Shown piece by piece: positions 51,481 to 63,616 of a DNA stretch of 64,000 nucleotides. The position numbers and the translations under genes were made by a program. Every line of letters begins with the position of its first letter. Within the stretch, counting starts at the first letter, position 1. The stretch comes from Mobula hypostoma (Eukaryota): assembly GCF_963921235.1 (NCBI RefSeq), contig NC_086108.1:35900001-35964000 (forward strand), in the 5' to 3' direction. The notes below the pieces were generated by a model. The model had not been told where the DNA came from and ran no database searches. It saw nothing but the letters and a program-made list of their open reading frames with translations.

Positions 51481-52448
51481 ACTGAAGGAAGAGTTAGAAA
51501 GAGATTGGAAAGTGGGAGAGGGAGGGGGAGATCCAAAAAGATAGAAGACAGGAGGGAGAGGGATAGAGCCGAGAGCTGGACAGGTGATTGGCAAAAGGGA
51601 TATGAGGGGATCATGGGACAGGAGGCCCAGGCAGAAGGAAAAGGGGGAGGGGGGGAGAAACCCAGAGGATGGGCAAGGGATATAGTGAAAGGGACAGAGG
51701 GAGGAAAAGGAGAGAGAGAGAGAAAGAATGTGTGTATATAAATAAATAACGGATGGGGTACGAGGGGGAGGTGGGGCATTAGCGCAAGTTTGAGAAGTCA
51801 ATGTTCATGCCATCAGGTTGGAGGCTACCCAGATGGAATACAAGGTATTGTTCCTCCAACCTGAGTGTGGCTTCATCTTTACGGCAGAGGAGGCCGTGGA
51901 TAGACATACTAGAATGGGAATGGGATGTGGAATTAAAATGTGTGGCCACTGGCCACGCTCTGTCCGCCAGAGAAAGAAGGATCTCCCAGTGGCCACACAT
52001 TTTAATTCCACGTCCCATTCCCATTCTGATATGTCTATCCACGGCCTCCTCTACTGTAAAGATGAAGCCACACTTAGGTTGGAGGAACACCAGTTTATAT
52101 TCCGTCTGGGTAGCCTCCAACCTGATGGCACGAACACTGACTTCTCAAACTTGCGCTAATGCCCCACCTCCCCCTCGTACCCCATCCGTTATTTATTTAT
52201 ATACACACATTCTTTCTCTCTCTCCTTTTTCTCCCTCTGTCCCTCTCACTATATCCCTTGCCCATCCTCTGGGTTTCCCCCCCGCCCCCCTTTCCTTCTC
52301 CCTGGGCCTCCTGTCCCATGATCCCCTCATATCCCTTTTGCCAATCAACTGTCCAGCTCTTGGCTCCATCCCTCCCCCTCCTGTCTTCTCCTATCATTTT
52401 GGATCTCCCCCTCCCACTTTCAAATCTCTTACTAGCTCTTCTTTCAGT

Positions 52449-52486
52449 TAGTCCTGACGAAGGGTCTTGGCCCGAAATGTCGACTG
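52449..52486 (+). ncRNA. Hammerhead ribozyme motif, slightly mutated (right arm)
   Basis: tagtc-CTGACGA-agggtcttggccc-GAAA-T-GTC-gactg; a C-to-T change breaks the ACGT palindrome. Confidence 0.65.
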
Positions 52487-52719
52487 TACCTCTTCCTAGG
52501 GATGCTGCCTGGCCTGCAGCATTCACCAGCAACTTTGATATGTGTTGCTTGATATATTATTTTGCTTTTTTTTTTGGCAGCTGAGCAGAAGTTCCAGTTA
52601 TTTCAATAGCAGGATAGCTGGTATGTCACCTAAATGAGGGTCTTAGAACAAAAATATGAAAATGTCTCTTTTGAGGTAGAGACTGCCATTATTCAAATCC
52701 ATAAAGCTTTCCAGTTTAA

Positions 52720-53750
52720 ATGGAACTTTTGAGGGGTTACCAGGAAGATCGATGAAGGAAGGGCAGTGGATGCGGTCTACGTCGATTTCAGCAAGGCCTT
52801 TGTCAAAGTCCTACATGGGAGGATGGTCACGTAGGTTCAGTTATTTGGCATTCAGGATGAAGTAATAAATTGGAGTTGACATTGGTTTCACAGGAAAAAG
52901 CCAGAGCGTGATAGTAGATGGTTGCCTCTATGATTGGAGCCTATGACTAGTGGTGCACCACAGAGGTCAGTGCTGGGTCCATTGTTGTTTGTCATCTATA
53001 TCAACAATTGGATGATAATGTGGTAAACTGGGCCAGTTGCTGGGTTTCAAGATGGGGTAGTAAATAGGATTGGACATTGGCTTCACGGCAGAAGCCAGAG
53101 TGTGGTCGTGGATGGTTATCTCTCTGATTGAAGGCTTGTGATTAGTGCTGTGCCACAGGGATTGCAGCTGGGCCAGTTGCTGTTTGTCATCTTTATCATC
53201 GATTTGGATGATAATGTGTTGAACTAGATCAGCAAATTTGCAGGATACACTAAGAGTGGGGGCGTAGTGGACAGCGAGGAAGACTATCAAAGGTCACAGC
53301 AGGATGTGGACAAGTTGGAAAAATGAGCTGAAGAATGGCAGATAGAATTTAATTCGGACAAGAATGAGCAGTTGCACTTTGGGAGGTCAAACCGGGATAG
53401 GGCTTACACTAAGAACTTTAGGGCACTGAGGAGTGCATTAGAACAGAGACCTGGGAATACAGATTCTTAATTCCTTGAAACTGGCATCACAGATAGATGG
53501 GTCATAGAGAGCTTTTGGCACATTGGCCTCCTTAAATCAAAGTACTGAGTACAGGATTTGGGATGTTATGTTAAAGTTGTATAAAACGGCGGTAAGGCCA
53601 ACCTTTGGAGTATTGTGTGCAGTTCTAATCACCTACCTACATGAAAGATATCAATAAGATTGAAAGAGTACAGAGAAAAGTTTTCAAGGATGTCACTGGG
53701 AATGGAGGACCTGAGTAACAGGGAAAGCTTTTCCCTGGAGCCTAGTATGA
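52720..53750 (+). mobile_element. CR1 fragment with internal duplication (UCHL5 intron)
   Basis: RT-like segments (gatttcagcaaggcctt; cagcaaatttgcag); ~180-bp block present twice. Confidence 0.82.
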
Positions 53751-53927
53751 ATTAAGTACGATTGTCCTCTTTTTTTTTTGTTCCCCACACACCCATCTCA
53801 CTGAGAGTTCCTTGCTTACATAAATCTTTAAAGTTTATAGCAGGCTATAACTATTCAAATTTTGATCAGCTTTACTGCATTAGACAAGTTATTAGCTATA
53901 TTTTCTTTTTGTTTTCCATAGACGCAC

Positions 53928-54041
53928 CTTGTACCGTTTCAATTTCTGATTTTCTTCTTCAATCAGCATCTGATACTTGGCTAATTCTGACTGAATAGAG
54001 CTTATGACACTGCTACTCTGATCTGTATCCATGGGTTCTTC
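53928..54041 (-). CDS. UCHL5: UCHL5 coding exon, 114 nt, EEPMDTDQSSSVISSIQSELAKYQMLIEEENQKLKRYK
   Basis: Contained in ORF 53892..54089; coiled-coil region of UCHL5. Acceptor tttgtgcag, donor AAG|gtgcgt; phase 0-0. Confidence 0.96.
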
Positions 54042-54334
54042 CTGCACAAAAATAAACAGAATGAATAACAGTTCCAAATGTATAACCATTTTTAAATCTT
54101 ATCATTTCTTCTACATATCATTCACTCAGTATTCAGACAAGGAGTACATTTTTAGATTAAGGAGGAAGTAGTGCTTCATCTTCTGAAAAGCATTAAGGAG
54201 GATAAGTCCCCTGAGCCAGATGACACATATCCCAGAAAGAAGTGAGAAGTTTGCTGGGGCTTCGATAAAGATCCTTGTGTCCTCAGTAGTAACGGACAAG
54301 CTCCCAGAGATTTGGAGAGTTGCAACAATTGCTC

Positions 54335-54605
54335 TTTATTTATTTATTTAGTGATACAGCACAGAGTTGCCCTTCGTGCCATGCTGCCCCAGCCACTCCC
54401 AGCAAACCCAAACCTAATCACGGGACAATTTACAATGACCAATTAACCTACCTGATATATCTTTGGACTGTGGGAGAAAACCAGAGCTCCTGGGGAAAGA
54501 CCATGCATTCCATGTGGCAAAAGTATAGACTCCTTACAGAAGACACCAGAACTGAACTTAAAAATGCCCTGAACTGTAACAGCATTATACTAACCGCTAC
54601 ACCCA
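54335..54605 (-). mobile_element. V-SINE-like copy nested in CR1
   Basis: atttacaatgaccaattaacctac...ctttggactgtgggagaaaacc and a (TTTA)n tail. Confidence 0.72.
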
Positions 54606-54897
54606 AGAAGTAGGGATAATTCAAATGATAATACATCACTGAGTCCACATCAGTGATAGGGAAACAACTGGAGATGACATTGAGGGATAGGATTTAATGC
54701 ACATCTGGAAAGACGTGACCTGCTTACAGACAGTCAGGACAGGACATGTCTTACAAACTTGACTGAGTTTTTTTTTGGAGGAGCTGACAAAGGAGCCTAA
54801 TGAGAGGTAGGCACTGCACTTTATTTATAGAGAGTTAGAAGGGCATTTGACAAGACACTTCATCTTAGATTCATTCAACAGAATAAGATGTATGGGA

Positions 54898-55114
54898 ACA
54901 ACAGGAATTCTGCAGATGCTGGAAATTCAAGCAACACACAACAAAGTTGCTGGTGAACGCGGCAGGCCAGGCAGCATCTCTAGGAAGAGGTACAGTCGAC
55001 GTTTCAGGCCGAGACCCTTCATCAGGACTGCTGACGAAGGGTCTCGGCCTGAAACGTCGACTGTATCTCTTCCTAGAGATGCTGACTGGCCTGCTGCATT
55101 CACCAGCAACTTTG
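54898..55114. mobile_element. 217-bp palindromic Penelope pLTR mini-insertion inside a CR1 fragment
   Basis: 84-bp inverted repeat (54942-55025 vs 55031-55114) with a 5-nt loop; 13-bp TSD AAGATGTATGGGA at 54885-54897 and 55115-55127. Confidence 0.92.
54993..55030 (-). ncRNA. Minimal type I hammerhead ribozyme motif (Penelope pLTR)
   Basis: Minus strand cagtc-CTGATGA-agg gtctcgg cct-GAAA-C-GTC-gactg: intact core, 5-bp stem I, 3-bp stem II, palindromic ACGT in place of stem III. Confidence 0.82.
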
Positions 55115-55620
55115 AAGATGTATGGGATCTAGGTTTAATTGCTAGTTTGGATTTTGCCATAGAAGACAGATAGTAGGGATGGAAGTCTATTCTGACTGGA
55201 GGTCCTTGACCAATGGTATTCTGCAAGATTTCATGCTGTGATCTCTGTGATATGCAGTACATCATTGATTTAATGAAAATGCAGATGGGTGGATTAGCAA
55301 CATGACATGAAGATTGGTGGAGTTGTGGACAGCGTAAAGGACCACCAAAGAATACAACAGAGCATAGATCAGTTACAGATATTGGCAGAAAAGTGGTAGA
55401 TGGTGTTTAATACAGGCAAGTGTGAGGTGTTGCATATGGGGAGTTCAAATGAAAGGAGAGAGAACACAGTTAATGATAAACCCCTTAATAGCACCAAGGT
55501 ACACAGGGATTTTGGGGGGGGTCCAAAGTCAACAGTTCACTGAAAATAGCTACGCAAGTGGAGAAGGGGGCAAAAAACAGGGTATCTGACATGTCTTCAT
55601 TGGTAGGGGTGTCGAGTATA

Positions 55621-56581
55621 CAGTATCTATTAAAAAGTATTCACCCCCACCACCCCCCCCCTTGGAAGTTGTCATGTTTTATTGTTTTACAACATTGAAT
55701 CACAGTGGATTTAATTTGGCTTTCTGGACACTAATCAACAGGAGAAAAAAAAAGACACTCTCATGTCAAAGTGAACACAGATCTCTACAAAGTGATCTAA
55801 ATTAATTACAAATATAAAACAATTGATTGCATAAGTATTCACCCTCTTTAATATGACACACCAAATCACCATTGGTGCAGAGAATTGGTTTTAGAAGTCA
55901 CATAATTAGTTAAGTGGAGATCTGATTTTGGAGACCTGTGTGCAGACGAAGTGTTTCAGTTGATTGTGGTAAAAATACACTTGTATCTGGAAGGTCCACT
56001 GCTGGTGAGTCAGTATCCTACCTACGAAAACAAACACTCCAAGCAACTCCACAAAAAGGTTATCGAGAAGCACAAGTCAGGAGATAGATACAAGAAAATT
56101 TCCAAGTCACTGAATATCCCTTGGAGTACAGTTAAGTCTATCATCAAGAAATGGGAAGAATATGGCACAGCTATAAATCTGCCTAGAGCAGACCTCAATC
56201 CAACTGAAAACTTGTGGCTTGACTTGAAAAGAGCTGTTCACTCACAATTCCCATGAAATTTGACAGAGCTTGAGCAGTTTTGTAAAGAAGAATGGGGAAA
56301 ATTTGCAGGGTCTAGATGAAGACCTATCCACACAGACTCAAAGCTGTAATTGCTGCCATCTACTAAATACTGATTTGAAGGAGGTGAATACTTATGCAAT
56401 CAATTATTTTGTGTTTTATATTCGTAATTAATTTAGCTCACTTTGTAGAGAACTGTTTTCACTTTGACACAAAAGTGTCTTCTTCTGTTGATCAATGTCA
56501 AAAAAAGCCAAATTAAATCCACTGTAAAACAATAAAACATGAAAACTCCTGGGGGAGGGCAAGTACTTTTTATAGGCACTG
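55621..56581 (+). mobile_element. Tc1-like DNA transposon (IR/DR type), internally deleted
   Basis: TA|CAGT...ACTG|TA ends; ~225-bp imperfect TIRs with inner and outer AAGTATTCACC direct repeats; ORF 55951..56256 has the paired-like HTH (KISKSLNIPWSTVKSIIKKW) fused to DLNPTENLW. Confidence 0.92.
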
Positions 56582-59226
56582 TAAGAGTAAGGTGGTCATA
56601 CTGCAGCCACATGAACCTTTAATCAGACTGCACATGGAGTACTGGGTGCAGAAGAGTTTTATTTGTGTTATTTCCAATTTCCCCTGGGATCAATAAAGTA
56701 TGACTACGACTATTTGCTGCTTGGATCAGAGGGCATTTTGTATAAGGAAAGGTTAGATACACGTGGGCTTAACTTTCTAGAGCAGAGGCAGACAGGAGAC
56801 CTGATGGAAGTTTTTAAAATTATGAGAGGCATACAGTACACAGGGAAGAAAGTCAGAATCCTTTCCCCATGATATAAATGTCAAACACCAGAGGACGTGC
56901 ATTTAAGAGTGGGTGGGGGTTGGGGAAGAGCAGCGACATGAAGGGAAAATTGCCTTCTTTTAAATGCAGAGAGTGGCAGGTACCTGGAATAGGTTATCCC
57001 GGATAGTAGAGGAAACAGGCAGTTTGACAGAGTTTATGAGGCTTTTAGAAAGACACACGAATATGAAGGGAATGGATGTTTGGCTGATACACAGGAGGAC
57101 GACGACATTTATTTTAAATGGGCATTCAGATTGGCACAATATTGTGCACTGAATGGTTTGCCCAGTGTTGCCATGTCTTACGTTAATGTCCTAAAAATTA
57201 AACAGCTGTAAATCCTGGAATCTGTGGAAGTGCATTACAATGAAATTTAATGTAAATTTAAATAATCTTAAAATTCAATCTACGTTGAGAAAAAAATCTA
57301 CCTAGCCGTAAATTTTAAATTACTCAGATTATTAAAAAATTAAATTAAACTTCAAGCACAAAAATGATTTTGAATCATTAGGTCATATGGGAGTTGGCAG
57401 GAATTTCTAGAAATTTTGAACATTTTAAGATTTATTTGATTTTCTAAAGTGCAACTTACAATTATTCCTGAAGCACTGGCTTTAATATATTAAATACAAA
57501 TGAATCTTCCCTGTAGGATCACTGCATTAACTAATGTATTGTGTTACAAGTTAGAGAATTCAGGATATATTATAATAGAATTTCAAGCCTTTTGAGATCC
57601 AAATCTAATTTGACAAAGTAAAAAGCACTGCAGGGTGTAATTGCTAAAGGAACTTTCTAAAAGCTAATTTTCACCTCAGCATCTCCATGTATTTCAGCCC
57701 TTCCTTTTTCCAAATATTGGAGTATTATAACCATCAACATTTATCTAAGCTAGCTAACATGGTGGTTGCATTCACTTTCAGCACAATACAGTTTTGATAA
57801 CTACACTTCCATTTTAATAATGATGGGTATGAATTTGCTTGAGAGAAAAAAAATGGAGGTGACTTTACCAAATGAGATAAAGGTAAAATTGTAAGTCAGT
57901 CAACAGCACAATTATAGTCCACTGGCTTCACAGAAACAGACCAGGTAAGTGTCATAATGTACGTATTCCTTTCATTGAAGGATGTGCCTTTTTATTGATT
58001 TTAGTTCTCCACGCATCTCCCCACAGAAGACTAACTCCACTTCCAATTAGTAAAATAACCTTGTGTGTGAGAATGACCATGTGTGTAAATCATCAGAAGA
58101 GTCCCAATGTCCATGGAATTACACACCAGCAAAAGCCAATGTCAAATGTGGCAAAGGTCCAGAGTAAATTGCAGAATGTAATTGTTCAATGAACTTTACA
58201 ACTAAGTTTCAATTTCACTTGGCTTCATCATTTGCTCTAACAGAAAGGATAGCCTCTGGTGATAAACAAAATTCTTCAAAGCAGTCATGATATAGCAAAT
58301 CCTATTCAAAAGGACAAAGAACTATACAATATACATAATAACAGCAGCAAGTTGTTTACATTGTTCATCCAGGAAAAAAACAGGTGGTGCATTAATATGT
58401 AAGATAACACTTTGTCCTTCAAAGTTTGGTGCATTAATAAAGAGGGGATAATATGGGTTCAATGCCCATCTTAATGAGGAACAATTATCATTAGAACTTT
58501 AGAAACAGGAAAAGACAACTATCACTAGCCAATGCAGGTTGAAACTACGGAGTAATCTCTGATTCACAAATGATTTTGTGTACAACTTTCCCTGATTACC
58601 AAGGGGATTGGATGCCCAAACAGTTCTGTGCTGCATGGAGATTTGTATAGTGGAATGTATAGTAATCCCTTAACTTTCATAGGGGATACATTCCAAAAAT
58701 GGCTGCAAATCAAAAAGATTCCAAATATCAAATCTAAAAGAAACACAATTTTTAGGTGCTTTATTGATGGCCACTAAGCTACCAGATGGTGAGAAAAACA
58801 AGTCAGACAATATGTTGTCTATAAAAGATACAATAAGTCAAAATGGTACTCCTTTCAACCATCTGAAATATACAAGCCGTTCATTGAATTACCATTATTG
58901 CGTGATGAAAGAGAGCAGGTGCTCAAAAAATACCTTTATTTCTTTCATTAAACTTGGAGAGTTTAGAAATTAAATATTCATTGAAAATACAGGAATGATT
59001 AATACATACCACTTACATAAAGCCAACGTGCTTTTTTGGTGAACTTAGTTCAAAATATACACGAGAGACCATTAGATTCACTGTAGAATCGGTTAGCTTT
59101 CCCATTTTATTTCCTGCAGGGTAGTTTTCAAAGCTCAAGTAATTAAATCAGATGAAAATATGAAGGAACTAGAAATAAAACGGCAACAAACACATTCACG
59201 GTTTTATACCAGTAAATAACTCTCAC

Positions 59227-59329
59227 CTCTGACAGCTGTCTTTGTAGATCCGTAATCTTTCTTTCATATATCATCTTCCTATCTGACACAATTGCCATAA
59301 GATTAAACCGTATCTCTCCCTCACTGTAC
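59227..59329 (-). CDS. UCHL5: UCHL5 coding exon, 103 nt, YSEGEIRFNLMAIVSDRKMIYERKITDLQRQLSE
   Basis: Contained in ORF 59143..59376; end of the UCH catalytic domain (EIRFNLMAIV). Acceptor tttttatctag, donor GAG|gtgaga. Confidence 0.97.
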
Positions 59330-59529
59330 CTAGATAAAAAAAGATGGCAGATTGAGATCAAGGCATCTAAAATCAAAGTTTAAGTTTAGTCTAATGAAAC
59401 AAAACGGAACACTGAATGCCCTTCTCCAACCTAGCAATAAAATTTTCAGCACCCTTCATGCCCATTACAAAGAGATTCAAAATCAATATCACACTTCTGA
59501 ACTGTACTAACTATTACTTTCTAAATTAA

Positions 59530-61465
59530 GACCATAGGACATAGGAGCAGAATTAAGTTATTCAGCCCAAAGATTCTGCTCTGCCATTCCATCATTGCTA
59601 ATTTATTTTCCCTCACAACCCTATTCTTCTGCCTTCTCCCCATAACCTTTGACATCCTGACTAATCAAGAACCTATCAACCTCTGCTTTAAATATACCAA
59701 ATGACTTGGCCTCCACAGGCACCTATGGCAATCAATTCCACAGATTCACCACCCTCTGGCTAAAGAAATTCCTCCTCATATCTGTTCCTTGCATTCTGAG
59801 GTTATGCCCCCGGTCCTAGACTCTTCCACTACTGGAAACATTCTCTCCACATCCACTCTGTCTGGGCCTAACAATGAGGTACCTCCCTCATTCTTCTAAA
59901 CTCCAGAGAATACATGCCCAGAGCCATCAAACACTCCTCATATGTTAAGACTTTCATTCTCAAGATCATTCCCATGAACCTCCTCCAGACCCTCTGCAAT
60001 GCAAACACATCCTTCCTTAGATAAGGGTCCCAAAACTGTTCGCAATTCTCCAACTGTGGTCTAACCAATGCCTTATAAAGCCTGAGCATTATATCCTTGC
60101 TTTGATATTCTAGTCCTCTCAAAGTGATTGCTAGCATTGCAGTTACCTTCCTTACTGCCAACCCAACCTTCAGACAATCTTTTGGGAATCCTGCACGAGG
60201 ACTCAAGTCCTTTTGCACCTCTGATTTCTAAATTCACTCAACATTTATAAAATAGTCTATCCTTTAATCTTTCTCCCAGAGTGCATGCCCATACATTTCC
60301 CTACGCTGTATTCCATCTGCCCATTCTCCTAACCTGTCCAAGTCCTTCCACAGACTGCTTCCTCAACACTACTTGCTCCTCCACCTACCTTTGTGTTGTC
60401 CGCAAAGCTATCAATTCATTCATCAAGAACACTGACATATACTGTGAAAAGAAGTGGTCACAACAACAACCCCTGCAGAATACCACTAGTCACTAGCATC
60501 AAACTAGAAAAGGCCCCCTTTATTCCCATTCTTTGCCTCCTGACAATCTTTTATCCATGTTAGTATCTTTCCTGCAATGGCATGGGCTCTTATCTTGTTT
60601 AGAGCCTGATGTGCAGCACCTTTGTCAAAGGCCTTCTGAAAATCCAAGTGACTCTCCTTTGTAAATCCTGTCTGTTATTTCCTCAAAAGAATTCCAACAG
60701 ATTTGTTGGTCAAGATTCCCCCTAAAGGAAACCATGCTGACTTCGGCCTATTTTATTATATGCCCCAAAACCTCATCCTTAGTAATGGACTCTAAATACC
60801 TTGCCAACCACTGAAGTCAAGGCTAACTGGCCTATAATTTCCTTTCTTCTGCCTCCCTCATTTCTGAAAGAGTGGAGTGATATTTGCAATTTTCCAGTCC
60901 TCCAGAACCATTCCAGAATGTAGTGATTCTTGAAAGATCACTACTAAAGCCTCCACAATTTCTTCAGCCTACTCCTTCAGAACTCTGGGGTGTAGTCCAT
61001 CTGGTCCAGGTGATTTATCTACCTTCAAAACTTCTGGCTTCACAAGTACCTCTCCTTAGTAACAGCAACTACAGCTACTTCTACCAGACACTTAAATTTC
61101 TGACATGCTGCTGGTGCCTTCCACAGTGAAGACTGACACAAAATACTTATTCAGTTTGTCTGTTGTTTCTTTGTTCCCCATTACTACCTCTCTAGCGTCA
61201 ATTTTCCAGTGATCCAATATCCACTCTCACCTCTCTTTTGTTTTTTAATCTGAAAAAAAATAGCTATCCTCTTTTATATTATTGGCTAACTTACCTTCAT
61301 ATTTCATTATTCCTCTCCTTATTTCTTTTTTAGTTGCCTTCAGTTGGATTTTAAAAGCATCTCAATCCTCTTGTTGTTGCTATACTGTATGCCTTCTCTT
61401 ATGTTATTACATTATATTTGACTTCCAAGACAGCTACAGTTGCCTCATCCTTTCTTTAGAACAGT
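59530..61465 (-). mobile_element. CR1 fragment (UCHL5 intron)
   Basis: ORF 59868..60218 (GLEYQSKDIMLRLYKALVRPQLE); collinear with 18200-20250. Confidence 0.9.
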
Positions 61466-62811
61466 GAGCAACATCGCCCCCTGGGGTGGCAGGAGTTTCT
61501 AAGAGGGCAATAAAGAGAAGGGGGCAAGGGAGTGGGTTTGCTCGGTAGCAAGTTGGTGCAGCTGAGAGACCAGAATTGAATTACTAATAAGCATTCAATC
61601 CTCAGTGCCCCATCATTGATTACAATGAATACTTAATCACCTCATCTCTTGCTAACCCACTGTTCTCCTAGACTTTGCTCAAAGCACATTAGAGCTGTTG
61701 AAAAGCAATACGACACTTCTGTATTTGGTACATCATGAGATCTGGACAGAAGAAACAGTGTTATTTCCAGGCCCAGCCTGCTCTTTATTGCCATTCACTA
61801 CTGTAGCACAGCCTTAGCTAGTATGGAATTTGGAATCTGGAACTCCAAATCTTTACCTTAAGATGCCTAGTCAAACCTGGCTGTATTTAATCTGATCAAA
61901 TATACACAAGAATCACATAAACATTACATAAATCCCATCTCTATTTAAGGACACTTTTCAAATAAAATCCTGTATTTTTAGATGAAATTGATCAGACATT
62001 CCAATTACAACTCATCATCTATAACAATACAATACTCACTTATTACAGCCCTAGTGAATCAAAGCCAGTATTGTACACGGTTCTTAAGACTAGGAGGTTT
62101 AGTTGCTAATATTCAAGAATCAACTCAGTTTCGCAAAAATAAAAATGTAAAAAGTTACAGATATCTTTGTCTTCAATAGATTTCAAAAATCCCAACTCTA
62201 GAAAAAAAGTCACTCAACTATCTCATCCACTCTATGCAACGTTCATGCATTATGTCAACAAATGCACCCAAAACATCACTTGTACATCGTTTTAGAGATG
62301 CACTAAATTGCATGTTTTCAGAAAGCTCAAATGAAGCTGTACATAGACAAACATTTCGCCAACCCCAGTTCTACTCCTCGAATGCTGCTCAACGTTGGAG
62401 AATGCTGAACACCCTTTATTCAAACAGATTACCTCATTATCATTACCAAAAGAACTGCAAAAAAAAAATAAAAAGCACAATGGGCTTGATTTTTCTCTAA
62501 CTAAATTCCGTTTTGCCAACTGAGTCAATACGCAATGAATGTTTAATACATATATAATTAGATGTTCTCACAACATTTTCCATCATACTTTGCATGTACC
62601 TACTCTATAAAAGTGAACATGGATGCCTTGAGCTAAATGGTCTCTTCCCATACCAAAATTTCAAGTTTACTGTTGCTATAGGCATCAACTAACATTCTGC
62701 TACAGCAGCAACATAATACATTACAAGATAAGGACAAACATAGGTTAACAAACTTCGAAGTAGCATACTTAACAAACATTGGTGCAGAATAAAGAACAAG
62801 AAAATACATAC

Positions 62812-62875
62812 TTCTGTATTCGCTTCTCTATGACTGGTCGGACTGCACTGACCCAGTCATCTTGATTACATGCAC
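62812..62875 (-). CDS. UCHL5: UCHL5 (UCH37) internal coding exon, 64 nt, (G)ACNQDDWVSAVRPVIEKRIQ(K)
   Basis: Minus-strand translation matches the vertebrate UCHL5 segment GACNQDDWISAVRPVIEKRIQK. Acceptor ttttctag, donor AA|gtatgt; the split codon AA+G = K joins the next exon in phase. Confidence 0.95.
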
Positions 62876-63616
62876 CTAGAAAAAGAAACCACAAATTGAC
62901 ACACACAAGTAAAGACATAATGATTATCAGTTATATTTGCCACAAGTATTGCTCACAGTAAGAAAACCATTCTGGTTACATTAATACTACAGCTCTAAAA
63001 TGGTAGACATATATCGCCCGTCTTTCTTTCTCTGTGAATATTACCCAAATCGATATCCGGCGTTTCCCTTTCATAATGTGAATACTGTCTACTTGACTTC
63101 TTTAAACAATCTTACATACACAAGGGAAGCCTTCTAACCTTGGCTCTCATTCACTTACATTAAGGTTCATATAATGTATATTTGTTCCTTATTCAATGAA
63201 ATCTCATTATTTGAAGATAAAATGCTACAATTGTACTCTTTTGGTATGGAAGCATATCTTTTGAACTCTCAAGCATTGCTATTTAGCTTTTGACAATAAA
63301 TCACTGCATCCCACATATTAAACGACACTAAAGCAAAATGTTATTAATTTAATCCCTGAATGGAAATCAAGCTTTCTTATTTTCACACATTAACACTGGA
63401 TTTCCTTATAGCTAAACTAAATACCTGAGTCAAAATCTGAAACATCTTGAATTTGTTTCCAAAATTGTAAGCTCAAATGATTATGATACTTTTCCAGTCG
63501 CTTATAAATCAAGTAAAACAACATAAGAAATCTGAAGCATTAGTGCAATATCACTAATGGGGAAAATATCGCAAAATGTTCAGATGTTACTTTTACCAGT
63601 ACAAAAATATCCTTGT

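Larger units (their letters stand above)
51339..52548. mobile_element. Penelope-like element inserted as a head-to-head inverted pair (GIY-YIG C-terminus plus pLTR on each arm)
   Basis: Arms ~51377-51952 and 51986-52552 are reverse complements. Both encode PVATHFNSTSHSH...LRLEE...LGSLQPDG. Flanked by direct repeat TTGATATATTATTTT (51324-51338, 52549-52563). Confidence 0.92.
54150..57200 (+). mobile_element. Old CR1 copy fragmented by SINE, Penelope and Tc1 insertions
   Basis: Collinear CR1 ORF2 relics (gataagtcccctgagccagatg; acatgtcttacaaacttg; GDLMEVFKIMRG) resume on both sides of each insert. Confidence 0.75.

Noticed and set aside
51801..52451. 216-aa ORF spanning the palindrome centre
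   Set aside because: By-product of the inverted Penelope arms; not in the GIY-YIG frame and compositionally low-complexity.
61493..61510. CTCF-like motif (minus strand accccagggggcg) in a UCHL5 intron
   Set aside because: Two mismatches in the core 5' positions and no independent support.
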